A stretch of 42,462 nt of DNA from Gemmatimonadales bacterium (GTDB lineage: Bacteria > Gemmatimonadota > Gemmatimonadetes > Gemmatimonadales > JACORV01): the NCBI GenBank assembly GCA_044449445.1, contig JBIOIA010000003.1, positions 1 to 42,462 on the forward strand, given 5' to 3'. Shown here piece by piece: positions 22,265 through 36,929 of the stretch (the first letter of the stretch is position 1; every line of letters starts with the position of its first letter). A program made the position numbers and the translations under genes. The notes under the pieces were generated by a model. The model did no database searches. It was given only the letters and a program-made list of their open reading frames with translations, and was not told the origin of the DNA.

Positions 22265-23139
22265 GCCGCCGCCTTGATGAGCCCGCATGCGGGCAGCGCG
22301 CCGGTCTTCACGTACGCGCGCACCTGCTCGTCCCATGCCGCCAGCGGCGCGCCGAGCGCCGTCACCGTGGCGCCGCAGTCGAGCACGCCGTACGCCGGCC
22401 GCGGCGCGGCCCGGCGCGCCTCGGCGCTCGTGCACGCTTTGACCCGCGAGGGATCGGCACCCGCCGCCTCGTAAACCGCCCGCGCGACGCCGTACCACGA
22501 CGTCTCGCCGGCGGCCGCGACGTGCCAGATCCCGCGGGCGCGCGCGGCCAGCAGTGCCCACAACGCTTCGGCCAGCAGCCTGACCGATGTGGGTGCGCCG
22601 ACCTGGTCGTCCACCACGGCCACCGATCGTCCCGCATTTGCCGCCTGCTTCATCGTGTCCACGAAGTTCCGGCCGTGGGGCCCGTAGGCCCAGCCGGTGC
22701 GCACGATCGCCCAGTCGGAGCCGGACTCACGCACGGCGGTCTCGCCCGCGGCCTTGCTCCGCGCATAGGCGCCGAGCGGCGCGGGCGCCGCGCCGGGGGC
22801 AATCGGCGTGCGAGCAGAGCCATCGAACACGTAGTCGGTACTGATGTGCAGGAGCGCGGCACGGCAGGCAGCGGCTGCGGCGGCGACGTTCGCGGAGCCG
22901 TCCCGGTTGGCACGCATCGCGGAGGACTCCTCGCGTTCCGCTCCGTCCACGTCCGTCCACGCGGCCGCGTGCACGATCGCGTCGGGCCGCGCCGCGCCGA
23001 TCACGCGCGCCGCCTGTGCGGCGTCCGTGACGTCGAAGTCGGCCCGCGTCCACGCGAGCACCTCGGCGCCGGCCTCGCGCCACACCGGCACCAGCGTCCG
23101 TCCCAGTAGTCCGCCTGAGCCCGTGACGCCGACCTTCAA
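22261..23139 (-). CDS. rfbD: dTDP-4-dehydrorhamnose reductase (RmlD)
   Basis: GSGGLLG, AAWTDVDGAE, ISTDYVFDG, YARSK, DDQVGAPT, APRPAY; TTG start in a TTGA overlap. Confidence 0.93.
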   Translation of the reverse strand: MKVGVTGSGGLLGRTLVPVWREAGAEVLAWTRADFDVTDAAQAARVIGAARPDAIVHAAAWTDVDGAEREESSAMRANRDGSANVAAAAAACRAALLHISTDYVFDGSARTPIAPGAAPAPLGAYARSKAAGETAVRESGSDWAIVRTGWAYGPHGRNFVDTMKQAANAGRSVAVVDDQVGAPTSVRLLAEALWALLAARARGIWHVAAAGETSWYGVARAVYEAAGADPSRVKACTSAEARRAAPRPAYGVLDCGATVTALGAPLAAWDEQVRAYVKTGALPACGLIKAAA

Positions 23140-24443
23140 CGCGCCTTCCTGGATTTGGCGCGATCGGCGATTGCGTGCCGGGTATCCACGAGCGCGCGTG
23201 ATTCCTTCGCGATCATCCCGTAATCCAGTTTGCTGTGGTCCGTCACCAGTACCGTGCAGTCGGCCTTCCGGACCGACTCCGCCGTGAGTGGCGAGGAGCT
23301 CAGCGCGACGCCGTCCTCGTGCAGCTCGGCGATATACGGGTCGTGATAGCGCACCTTCGCGCCCAGGCGCTCGAGGAGCCGGATGATGTCGAGCGCCGGA
23401 CTCTCGCGAACGTCGTCGATGTCCTTCTTGTACGCCACGCCGAGAACGAGCACGTCGGCCCCGCGCACGGCCTTGCCCGCATCGTTGAGCACGGCCTGCA
23501 CCCGCGAGACCCAGTACTCCGGCATCTCGGCGTTGATCTCGCCGGCCAGCTCGATGAACCGCGTGCGGTAGTTCAGCGTGCGCATCTTCCAGGCGAGGTA
23601 GTGCGGATCGAGCGGAATGCAGTGCCCGCCCACGCCGGGCCCCGGCGTGAACTTCATGAACCCGAACGGCTTCGTCGCCGCGGCGTCGATGACTTCCCAC
23701 ACGTCCACGCCGAGCTTGTCGCACACGATCGCCATCTCGTTGACCATCCCGATGTTCACCGAGCGGAACGTGTTCTCGAGCAGCTTCACCAGCTCGGCCG
23801 CCTCGGGCGAGGCCACGGGCACGAGCGTCTCGATCGCCGGCGCGTAGAGCCGGCACACGATGTCGGTGCACGCGGGCGTGATGCCGCCCACGATCTTCGG
23901 CGTGTTGCGCGTGTTGTACTTCGGGTTGCCGGGGTCCACGCGTTCCGGGCTGAAGGCGAGGAAGAAGTCCTTCCCGACCTTGAGCCCGCCCTTCTCGAGG
24001 GCCGGCAGCATCAGCTCGCGGGTGGTGCCCGGGTAGGTCGTGCTCTCGAGCACGATGACCTGGCCGGCGCGCAGCGTCTTCGCCACCGCGTCCGTCGCGG
24101 CCACGATGTACGACACGTCCGGATCGCGCGTCTTGGAAAGCGGCGTCGGCACGCAGATCGCGATGCAGTCGGGTTCCTTCATCCGCGCGAGATCCGTGGT
24201 GGCCGAGAGCTTGCCCGACTTCACGACCTTCGCGAGCCGCGCGTCAGGCACGTCCTGGACGTGCGAGCTGCCCTTGTTCACCCCGTCCACCACCCGCCGG
24301 CTGACGTCGAAGCCGATCACCTTGTAGCCCGCCTCGGCCATCTCGACGGCCAGCGGCAGCCCCACGTAGCCCATACCCACGACGCCGATGATCGCGCTCT
24401 TATCCTCGGCCTTCTTTCGCAGGACGCCCGCGAAGTCCGTCAC
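23136..24443 (-). CDS. Nucleotide-sugar dehydrogenase, UDP-GlcNAc 6-dehydrogenase (WbpA/WecC)-like
   Basis: GMGYVGLP, CVPTP, ESTTYPG, SPERVDPG, KLLENTFR, GVGGHCIPLDP, AYKKDIDDVRESP. Confidence 0.9.
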   Translation of the reverse strand: MTDFAGVLRKKAEDKSAIIGVVGMGYVGLPLAVEMAEAGYKVIGFDVSRRVVDGVNKGSSHVQDVPDARLAKVVKSGKLSATTDLARMKEPDCIAICVPTPLSKTRDPDVSYIVAATDAVAKTLRAGQVIVLESTTYPGTTRELMLPALEKGGLKVGKDFFLAFSPERVDPGNPKYNTRNTPKIVGGITPACTDIVCRLYAPAIETLVPVASPEAAELVKLLENTFRSVNIGMVNEMAIVCDKLGVDVWEVIDAAATKPFGFMKFTPGPGVGGHCIPLDPHYLAWKMRTLNYRTRFIELAGEINAEMPEYWVSRVQAVLNDAGKAVRGADVLVLGVAYKKDIDDVRESPALDIIRLLERLGAKVRYHDPYIAELHEDGVALSSSPLTAESVRKADCTVLVTDHSKLDYGMIAKESRALVDTRHAIADRAKSRKAR

Positions 24444-25447
24444 GCGCTCACCGCGACCGGCTTGCCGGACTGCTTGAGGGACTCGCTCGCCGCGGCCAGG
24501 ACGCGCACCACGCGCACGCCGTCGGCCGCGTCGCTGCGCGCCGGGACCTCGCGGCGGGCCACCTTGAGGAAGTGCCCGAGCTCCTGCACCAGCGGCTCGG
24601 CGTTCGACAGCCGCGGGATCGAGATGTCGCCCTCGCGGATCTGGAGCGCCTCGCCGTACGACACGTAGTCCGGCCGGCTGACGCCCTTGTCGTAGATGCG
24701 CAGCTTCTCGCGCGCTTCCATATCGTCGAACACCGCCATCTGCCTGGAGCCGACGACGGTGATGCGCCGCTCCTTGTGCGGATCGAGCCACGACAGCTGC
24801 ACGTGCGCGAGTACGCCCGAAGCGAATTCCATCGTGACGAACACCACGTCCTCGATGCCGGGCTGGAGATAGCTCTTGCCTACGGCCGTCACGGTGGCAG
24901 GTGCGCCCGCCATCAGGAACAATGCGACGCTGACGTCGTGCGGCCCGAAGCTCCACAGCGCGTTCTCGTCGGGGCGCACCTGGCCCAGGTTCACGCGCTG
25001 GCCGTAGAGGTAGTAGATCTGGCCGAGCTGCCCCGCCGCGATCATCTCACGCAGTCGCTCGACGACCGGGTGGTACTCGAGCAGGTGTCCTGCCATGACC
25101 GGGACCTTCGCCTTCACGCCGCGCTCGGCGACGTCCTCCGCATCCTTCACCGAGAGCGTGAACGGCTTCTCGACCAGCACCGGGATGCCAGCCGCGATGG
25201 CCTGGCGCGCGTAATCCGCGTGCGTGTTCGCCGGCGTCGCGACGACGACGGCCTCGACCATGCCGAGCAGCTGCTTCGCATCGTCCGTCACGGCGACGGC
25301 GGGATACTGTTTGCCGATCTTCTCGCGCGTCTTCGCAGACGTGTCGCACACGGCTACGAGCTCGGCGCCCGGCAGCGAGGCGAGTGTCCGGACGTGGTTC
25401 CGTCCCCACGCGCCCGCGCCGATCACGCCGACCTTGAGCGCGCTCAC
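24440..25447 (-). CDS. Gfo/Idh/MocA oxidoreductase (WbpB-like sugar 3-dehydrogenase)
   Basis: GAGAWG, ATP..H, VLVEKP, WSFGPHD, SWLDPHKER; flanked by WbpE-like and WbpA-like genes. Confidence 0.85.
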   Translation of the reverse strand: MSALKVGVIGAGAWGRNHVRTLASLPGAELVAVCDTSAKTREKIGKQYPAVAVTDDAKQLLGMVEAVVVATPANTHADYARQAIAAGIPVLVEKPFTLSVKDAEDVAERGVKAKVPVMAGHLLEYHPVVERLREMIAAGQLGQIYYLYGQRVNLGQVRPDENALWSFGPHDVSVALFLMAGAPATVTAVGKSYLQPGIEDVVFVTMEFASGVLAHVQLSWLDPHKERRITVVGSRQMAVFDDMEAREKLRIYDKGVSRPDYVSYGEALQIREGDISIPRLSNAEPLVQELGHFLKVARREVPARSDAADGVRVVRVLAAASESLKQSGKPVAVSA

Positions 25448-26562
25448 GCTCCGTAGAACCCGCGGATCGCCTTCACCACGAACGCCTTCTGCGCTTCGGT
25501 CATCTCCGGATAGACCGGCAGCGCGAGCACGCGCGCCGCCGCGGCCTCCGAGACCGGCAGCGCGCCCTGCTTCATGCCGACGTAGGCGAAACACGGCTGG
25601 AGGTGCAGCGGCACCGGGTAGTAGACCGCCGTGCCGATACCCTGCTCCTTGAGATGCGCCTGCAGCGCGTCGCGGCGGTCCGCCTGGATCACGAACTGGT
25701 GGAAGATGTGCTCGTTGTTGGCGTCGGTCACCGGCGTCTTCACGGCCGACACGCCCGCGAGCGCCTTGCTGTAGTACGCCGCGTTCGCCCGGCGCGCCTC
25801 GCTCCACTGCTGGAGGTACGGCAGCTTGGCGAGCAGCACCGCGGCCTGGAGCGCGTCGAGGCGCGAGTTCGTTCCCACCTCGTCGTGATGGTACATCTTC
25901 ATGCCGCCGTGAACGCGCAGCCGCCGTACCCGTGCCTCGAGCTTGTCGTCCGACGTCACCACCATGCCGGCGTCGCCCCAGGCGCCCAGGTTCTTCGACG
26001 GGAAGAACGAGAACCCGGTCATCGTTCCGAGCTCACCCGCGGTCCGCCACTCGCCGTTCACCTTGCGGCGCGCGCCGATCGACTGCGCGGCGTCCTCGAT
26101 CAGGGCCAGGCCGCGCTGCTGCGCGATCGGCACCAGCTTCTCCATCGCCGCCAGCTGACCGTACAGGTGGACCGGCACGATCGCGCGCGTCCTCGGCGTA
26201 ATCGCCGCCTCGACCGCGGCGGGGTCGGCGTTGTACGTGACGGGATCGATGTCCACGAACACCGGCTTCGCGCCGGCGTTGTGGATCGCCCCGGCGGTGG
26301 CGAAGAAGGTGAACGCGGGCGCGATCACCTCGTCGCCGGGCTTGAGGTCGAGCGCCTTCAGCGGCAGCAGCAGCGCGTCGGTGCCGCTGGCTACGCCGAT
26401 GCCGTGCTTCGCGTGCGACAGCGCCGCGACGCGCACCTCGAGGTCGAGCACCGGCTGGCCGAGGATGAACGTCTGGCCGTCGATCACCGGCATCACGCGC
26501 TGCATCAGCGCGTCCTTGATCGTGGCGTGCTGCGCCTTGAGATCCAGGATCGGGACGTTCAT
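25444..26562 (-). CDS. DegT/DnrJ/EryC1/StrS PLP aminotransferase (WbpE-like)
   Basis: [34 protein letters not shown] (PLP lysine), [17 protein letters not shown]. Confidence 0.92.
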   Translation of the reverse strand: MNVPILDLKAQHATIKDALMQRVMPVIDGQTFILGQPVLDLEVRVAALSHAKHGIGVASGTDALLLPLKALDLKPGDEVIAPAFTFFATAGAIHNAGAKPVFVDIDPVTYNADPAAVEAAITPRTRAIVPVHLYGQLAAMEKLVPIAQQRGLALIEDAAQSIGARRKVNGEWRTAGELGTMTGFSFFPSKNLGAWGDAGMVVTSDDKLEARVRRLRVHGGMKMYHHDEVGTNSRLDALQAAVLLAKLPYLQQWSEARRANAAYYSKALAGVSAVKTPVTDANNEHIFHQFVIQADRRDALQAHLKEQGIGTAVYYPVPLHLQPCFAYVGMKQGALPVSEAAAARVLALPVYPEMTEAQKAFVVKAIRGFYGA

Positions 26563-27128
26563 TGCGGGACCAGCTCTCCGTTCTTCTCGAGGTAGCGGCT
26601 CGTGCAGCGCGCGCACGTGGCCTTGCCCTTCTCGAGCTTCAATCGCTCGCCGCACGCGCACATCCAGCCGATCTGCTTCGCCGGGTTGCCAACCACGAGC
26701 GCGTAGTCCTTCACTTCCCTCGTGACGACCGCGCCCGCGCCGACGAAGCTGAACCGGCCGAGCGTGTTGCCGCAGACCACCGTCGCGTTGGCGCCGATGC
26801 TGGCGCCCTTCTTCACCAGCGTGCGCTCGTACTCGCCGCGCCGGTTCACGTGGCTGCGCGGCGTCCCCACGTTGGTGAACACCATGGACGGGCCGCAGAA
26901 CACGTCGTCCTCGAGCTCGCAGCCCTCGTACACGGACACGTTGTTCTGGAGCTTCACGTTGTTCCCGAGCTTGACGCCCGGCATGATCACGCAGTTCTGC
27001 CCGATGTTGCACCGCTCGCCGATCACGGCGCCCGGGAGCACGTGGCAGAAGTGCCAGATCTTCGTGCCCTTGCCGACCTGCGCCCCGTCGTCCACGAACG
27101 AGGAGGGGTGGACGAAGAAGTCGCTCAC
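26559..27128 (-). CDS. Hexapeptide-repeat N-acetyltransferase (WbpD-like)
   Basis: [51 protein letters not shown]. Confidence 0.9.
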   Translation of the reverse strand: MSDFFVHPSSFVDDGAQVGKGTKIWHFCHVLPGAVIGERCNIGQNCVIMPGVKLGNNVKLQNNVSVYEGCELEDDVFCGPSMVFTNVGTPRSHVNRRGEYERTLVKKGASIGANATVVCGNTLGRFSFVGAGAVVTREVKDYALVVGNPAKQIGWMCACGERLKLEKGKATCARCTSRYLEKNGELVPQ

Positions 27129-28224
27129 TTGACCCCCAGTACCTTCACCTCGAGCTCCAGCTCCACGCCGAACTCCTTGAAGACCGCGGTGCGGATGATG
27201 TCGATCAGCTTGAGCACGTCGTCCGCCGTGGCGTTGCCCCTGTTCACGATGTAGTTGGCGTGCATCATCGAGACCTCGGCGCCGCCGACCCGCCGGCCCT
27301 TGAGCCCGCACCGCTCGATCAGCCGGCCGGCCGTCATGATGTCCGGGTTCTTGAACACGCTGCCGCAGCATGCCTGGTCGAACGGCGTGCCGGCGCGGCG
27401 CTTCTTGAGCAGCATCGCCAGGTCGGCCTTCAGCTTGTCGGCCCGGTCTTCCTCGAGTTTCAGCGTGCACGCCAGCACCACCGCGTCCTCGAGACCGCTC
27501 TTGCGGTACGAGAACGGGATGCCCTTGCGCGGCCGTTCCTCGACCTGGCCGGAGGGCATGAGCAGCGTGGCCGACTGGACCACGGTCGCGAAGTCCTGGC
27601 CGTGCGCGCCGGCGTTCATGTACACGCCTCCGCCGACCGTGCCGGGCACGCCGATGAGGCGCTGCACGCCCGCCATGCCGGCCTCCGCCGTGCGACGCGC
27701 GAGCAGCGGCGTCGGCAGGCCCGCGCCCACCTTCCACAGGTTGCCCTTGGTCGCGACCGAATCGAGGCCCTTGCCGAGCTTCAGCACCAGGCCGTTGAAG
27801 CCCTTGTCGCGAATCAGCACGTTCGAGCCGAGGCCGAGCACCAGCCACGGGATGCCCAGCTTCCTGGCCCACGCGATCGCGCCGGCGACCGCTTCCTCGT
27901 TGGCCGGGCTGAAGTGGATCGCGGCGGGCCCGCCGAGCCGGAACGTGGTGTGCTTGCTCAGCAGCTCGTCGGTCTTCGCCACGCCCTGGAGCCGGTCCGC
28001 CGGGAACGGCGGCAGCGCAGGATGCGCCGGAGCGCGGGGCGGAAGGGTCATCTTCCCCTTGCCGGCGCCCTTCGCGGCGCGACGCGGCGGCTTCGGCTCG
28101 GCCTTGGCCGGCGGAACAGCCGGAGCGGCCGGGGTCTTGGCTGGCGGCGCGGGCGCGCGCTTCGTCTCGGCGCGCGCCTTGCCGGCGGGCTTCTTCGCCT
28201 TCTTGGTCTTCTTGGGTGTCGCCA

Positions 28225-28225
<1 letters not shown>
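27125..28225 (-). CDS. murB: UDP-N-acetylenolpyruvoylglucosamine reductase with Lys/Ala/Pro-rich N-terminal extension
   Basis: [59 protein letters not shown]; ATG in a TGATG overlap with carB. Confidence 0.93.
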
Positions 28226-33477
<5,252 letters not shown>

Positions 33478-33506
33478 TCACGGGCGGTTTTTGAAGCGGA
33501 GAACAC

Positions 33507-33695
33507 ATGGCCAGGAAGTGCGCGGTGTGCGGCAAGGGGCCGAGCTTCGGTCACAACGTCTCGCACGCCAACAACAAGACGATCCGGCGCTGGTATCCCA
33601 ACCTCCAGACGGTCAGGACGCGGGTGGGTGGGAAGGTCAAGCGCCTGCGGGTGTGTACCTCGTGCATCCGGTCGGACAAGGTGCTCAAGGCCTGA
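33507..33695 (+). CDS. rpmB: 50S ribosomal protein L28 (Zn-ribbon form)
   Basis: [41 protein letters not shown]; GGAG SD. Confidence 0.97.
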   Translation: MARKCAVCGKGPSFGHNVSHANNKTIRRWYPNLQTVRTRVGGKVKRLRVCTSCIRSDKVLKA

Positions 33696-33703
33696 AAAGG
33701 CAG

Positions 33704-33796
33704 CCGAAAGTCGAAAGCTGAAAGCTGAAAGAGACAAGGCGGGGGCTCGGTTATCGGGCCCCCGCCTGCTTTCGGCTTTGAGCTTTCGACTTTCGA
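33704..33796. repeat. Palindromic element: 4 heptamers, GC hairpin, 4 inverted heptamers, between convergent rpmB and rplQ
   Basis: CCGAAAG TCGAAAG CTGAAAG CTGAAAG (33704-33731) ... CTTTCGG CTTTGAG CTTTCGA CTTTCGA (33769-33796). Confidence 0.88.
33737..33767. terminator. Probable bidirectional terminator hairpin between rpmB and rplQ
   Basis: AGGCGGGGGCTCG-GTTAT-CGGGCCCCCGCCT, followed on either strand by CTTT-rich heptamers. Confidence 0.65.
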
Positions 33797-34153
33797 CTAT
33801 TCCTTCAGCAGCTCGATCCGGGCCGTCTCGGCCCCGTCACCCTGGCGGTGCCCCAAGCGGATGATCCTCGTGTAGCCCCCCGGCCGGGCCGCGAAGCGCG
33901 GGCCGATCTCCTTGAACAGGCGGCCGCTGATCTCCTTGTCGCGGATCCGGCGCTCGACCAGGCGCCGCGCGTGCAGGTCGCCCCGCCGCGCCAGCGTGAT
34001 CAGCTTCTCGGCCACCGGCCGCAGCTCCTTGGCCTTGGCGACCGTGGTCACGATCCGCTCGTACTGGAACAGGCTCGAGGCCATGTTCGACAACATGGCC
34101 CGCCGGTGCTCGGAGGTGCGGGAGAGCTGCTTGTGCTTGGCCCGATGCCGCAC
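33797..34153 (-). CDS. rplQ: 50S ribosomal protein L17
   Basis: MRHR..LSRTSEHRRAML, ITT-like VTTVAKAKELR, RPGGYTRI, RQGDGA. Confidence 0.97.
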   Translation of the reverse strand: MRHRAKHKQLSRTSEHRRAMLSNMASSLFQYERIVTTVAKAKELRPVAEKLITLARRGDLHARRLVERRIRDKEISGRLFKEIGPRFAARPGGYTRIIRLGHRQGDGAETARIELLKE

Positions 34154-34154
34154 G

Positions 34155-35222
34155 CTAGACTTCCTTCCCCGCCTCGGCGACCACGGGACGGACGACCGGG
34201 ACGATGCCACGGTCCACGATCTTGACGCCCGCCTCGGTCTCCTCCCACTGCATGCCGAAGTTGAGCCCCTCGCGCAGCAGCAGCTCGGCGATCTCGGCCA
34301 CGGCCTTCTCGCCGACGTTGCGCACCTTGAGGAGCTGCTCCTCGCTGTTGCGCACCAGGTCGCCGAGGGTCCGGATGTTCGAATTCTTGAGCGAGTTGAT
34401 CGAGCGCACCGACAGCCCGACGTCGTCGATGAGGCGGTTCAGCACCGCCCGCAGCTGCTCGGTGTCGCCGTCGGCCTCGACGGCGGACTCCGCGGCGACC
34501 ATCGGCACCTGGCCGAACGACACGAAGTACGAGAAGTGGTGCTGCGCGAGCGCGGCGGCGTACGCGACGGCGTCTTCGGGGCTGATCGCGCCGCTGGTCT
34601 CGACCGTCAGCGTCAGGCGGTCGAAGTCGGTGCGCTGGCCCACGCGGGTCTCGGCCACGGTGAAGTTGGCGCGGCGGACGGGGCTGTAGAGCGAGTCCAC
34701 GCGCACCACGTCCACCGGCATGGACCGGTCGGACGGGTGCTGCTCGGCCTCGACGTAGCCGCGGCCCTTGTTGACGTACAGCTCGACGTCCACGGACTTG
34801 TCGTCCTGGAGCGTGAAGAGCAGGTGGTCCGGGTTCACGATGCGCACCGAGCCGCTGCCCTCGATGTCCTTCGCGTACACGGGCCCGGCGGTCTTGCGCT
34901 TGACGTGCAGCACCGCCTCGTCGACCTCGGGCGTGATGACCAGCGCCAGGGACTTGAGGTTCTGAATGACCTGGTGGACGTCCTCGACGACGCCGCTCAC
35001 GGTCTGGTGCTCGTGCTGGACGCCGTCCATCCGGAACGCCCACACGGCCGAGCCGCGCAGCGCCGAGAGCAGCATGCGGCGCAGGGAGTTGCCGAGCGTG
35101 TAGCCGAAGCCGCGCTCGAGCGGCTGGAGCCGGAACTCGGCGGCGTTCGGGTTGTCCTCCCGCTTCGTCATCTCGACGAGGTGCGGGCGGACCAGTCCGG
35201 TCAAATCGATGGTCTTGGTCAC
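34155..35222 (-). CDS. rpoA: RNA polymerase alpha subunit
   Basis: PLERGFGYTLGNSLRR, GVVEDV, GRGYV, YSPVRR, RVGQRTDFD, alpha-CTD LSVRSINSL; GTG in a GTGA overlap with rpsD. Confidence 0.97.
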   Translation of the reverse strand: MTKTIDLTGLVRPHLVEMTKREDNPNAAEFRLQPLERGFGYTLGNSLRRMLLSALRGSAVWAFRMDGVQHEHQTVSGVVEDVHQVIQNLKSLALVITPEVDEAVLHVKRKTAGPVYAKDIEGSGSVRIVNPDHLLFTLQDDKSVDVELYVNKGRGYVEAEQHPSDRSMPVDVVRVDSLYSPVRRANFTVAETRVGQRTDFDRLTLTVETSGAISPEDAVAYAAALAQHHFSYFVSFGQVPMVAAESAVEADGDTEQLRAVLNRLIDDVGLSVRSINSLKNSNIRTLGDLVRNSEEQLLKVRNVGEKAVAEIAELLLREGLNFGMQWEETEAGVKIVDRGIVPVVRPVVAEAGKEV

Positions 35223-35854
35223 TTGGAATAGAGCTCGACGATGAGCTGCTCCTCGGCGGCGACCGGAATGGTCTCCCGCGTCGGACGCTCGGTGATCCGG
35301 CCGGTACGCGCCTCGCGGTCCACCGCGATCCACGACACCGGCTGGCCCTTCGCCGCGAGCTCGAGCGACGCGGCGACCGCGTCCAGCTCCTTGCTCGCGC
35401 CCTTCAGCCGCACTTCATCGCCCTGCCGCACGCCGAAGCTCGGCACGTCCACACCGCGGGCGTTCACCTCGACGTGGCCGTGGCTGACGAGCTGGCGCGC
35501 CGCCTTGCGGCTGGGCGCGAAGCCCATCCGGAACACGATGTTGTCGAGCCGCGACTCGAGCGCCACGAGCAGGTTCTCGCCCGTCACGCCCGCTTCGCGC
35601 GCGATGCGGTCGAACGTGTTGCGGAACTGCCGCTCGGTGAGGCCGTAGATCCGCTTGACCTTCTGCTTCTCGCGCAGCTGGCGCGAGTACTGCGACGCCT
35701 TGCGGCGCCGCGCGGTGGCCTGGCCGTGCTGGCCCGGCGCGTAGGCGCGCTTCTCGACCGCGCACTTCTCGGTCATGCAGCGCGCGCCCTTGAGGAACAG
35801 CTTGGTGCCCTCGCGGCGGCACAGCTTGCAGCTGGCTTCGATGTAGCGGCTCAC
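35219..35854 (-). CDS. rpsD: 30S ribosomal protein S4 (Zn-binding form)
   Basis: CKLCRREGTKLFLKG.RC...KC, PGQHG, QLREKQK, LESRLDN, ARQLVSHGH, IVELYSK. Confidence 0.98.
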   Translation of the reverse strand: MSRYIEASCKLCRREGTKLFLKGARCMTEKCAVEKRAYAPGQHGQATARRRKASQYSRQLREKQKVKRIYGLTERQFRNTFDRIAREAGVTGENLLVALESRLDNIVFRMGFAPSRKAARQLVSHGHVEVNARGVDVPSFGVRQGDEVRLKGASKELDAVAASLELAAKGQPVSWIAVDREARTGRITERPTRETIPVAAEEQLIVELYSK

Positions 35855-35855
35855 G

Positions 35856-36317
35856 TCAGACCCTGCGCTTCTTCGGCGGGCGGCAGCCGTTGTGCGGGAT
35901 CGGCGTGACGTCGCGGATCGACTTCACCTGGAGACCGGCGTTGGCGAGCGCCTGGATGGCCGACTCGCGGCCGGCGCCCGGACCCTGCACGCGGACGTGG
36001 ACCCGCCGCACGCCGAGGTTGTAGGCATCGCGCCCGCACTGCTCGGCCGCGACGGTCGCGGCGAACGGCGTGCTCTTCTTCGAGCCCTTGAACCCCGACT
36101 TCCCGGCCGTGCCCCACGCCACGGTGTGGCCCGTGAGGTCGGTGATGGTGATGATCGTGTTGTTGAAGGTCGCCATGATGTTGGCGATGCCCTCGGACTC
36201 CACGACGCGCTTGGACTTCTTGACGGCGGCCTTCTTGGGCTTCTCGCCCTCGACGGCCGGCGCCGCAGCGCCCTCGGCGGCCGGTGCCGCCTGCTTCGTT
36301 TCCTTCTCGTCAGCCAT
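35856..36317 (-). CDS. rpsK: 30S ribosomal protein S11
   Basis: [52 protein letters not shown]. Confidence 0.98.
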   Translation of the reverse strand: MADEKETKQAAPAAEGAAAPAVEGEKPKKAAVKKSKRVVESEGIANIMATFNNTIITITDLTGHTVAWGTAGKSGFKGSKKSTPFAATVAAEQCGRDAYNLGVRRVHVRVQGPGAGRESAIQALANAGLQVKSIRDVTPIPHNGCRPPKKRRV

Positions 36318-36347
36318 GTAGTTGCGGTATCCCTGTTGTCCGGTGAC

Positions 36348-36731
36348 CTATTTCTTGAGCACGGCCTTCTTCTTACCCGCGATAGTCCGGCGTGGACCCT
36401 TCTTGGTCCGCGCGTTGGTCCGCGTACGCTGGCCGCGCACCGGCAGGCCCTTGCGGTGCCGCGTGCCGCGGTAGCACCCGATGTCCATCAGGCGCTTGAT
36501 GTTCATCGCGACCTCGGTGCGCAACGCGCCCTCGACCTTGAGGTCGCGCTCGATCACCTGCCTGAGGCGCGCGACTTCCGCGTCCGAGAGCTCCTTGACG
36601 CGCGTCGCCCCGGCGATGCCGGTCCGCTCGAGCACCGTCAGGGCCGTGGCGCGGCCGATGCCGAAAATCGCCGTGAGCCCGACCTCGACGCGCTTCTCGC
36701 GTGGAAGATCCACGCCCGCGATGCGAGCCAC
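36348..36731 (-). CDS. rpsM: 30S ribosomal protein S13
   Basis: [40 protein letters not shown]. Confidence 0.98.
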   Translation of the reverse strand: MARIAGVDLPREKRVEVGLTAIFGIGRATALTVLERTGIAGATRVKELSDAEVARLRQVIERDLKVEGALRTEVAMNIKRLMDIGCYRGTRHRKGLPVRGQRTRTNARTKKGPRRTIAGKKKAVLKK

Positions 36732-36734
36732 CCG

Positions 36735-36851
36735 TCAGCCCTGCCGCTGCTTGTGCTTGGGGGAGCGCGTGCAGATCACGCGAATGACGCCGCGGCGCTT
36801 CACGACCTTGCAGTGCTCGCAAATCGGCTTCACACTCGTACGTACCTTCAA
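36735..36851 (-). CDS. rpmJ: 50S ribosomal protein L36 (Zn-ribbon form)
   Basis: Below the ORF-track cutoff; manual translation from TTG 36851: [38 protein letters not shown]; GAGG upstream. Confidence 0.96.
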   Translation of the reverse strand: MKVRTSVKPICEHCKVVKRRGVIRVICTRSPKHKQRQG

Positions 36852-36886
36852 GTCCGCCTCGTCAAGTCGGTTTGGAACAGACTCAA

Positions 36887-36915
36887 AACTTACCCGGGCG
36901 TTGGAATCCGCGCAA
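36887..36915 (-). promoter_or_regulatory. sigma70-type promoter for the rpmJ-rpsM-rpsK-rpsD-rpoA-rplQ operon
   Basis: Minus strand TTGCGC (36915-36910), 17-bp spacer, TAAGTT (36892-36887). Confidence 0.6.
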
Positions 36916-36929
36916 CCCGAACCGCTACC

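Noticed and set aside
33704-33796. Repeat arrays considered as CRISPR or as an IS/MITE with transposase
   Set aside because: Units are 7-8 bp with no unique spacers, and there are no cas, transposase or integrase genes in the window.
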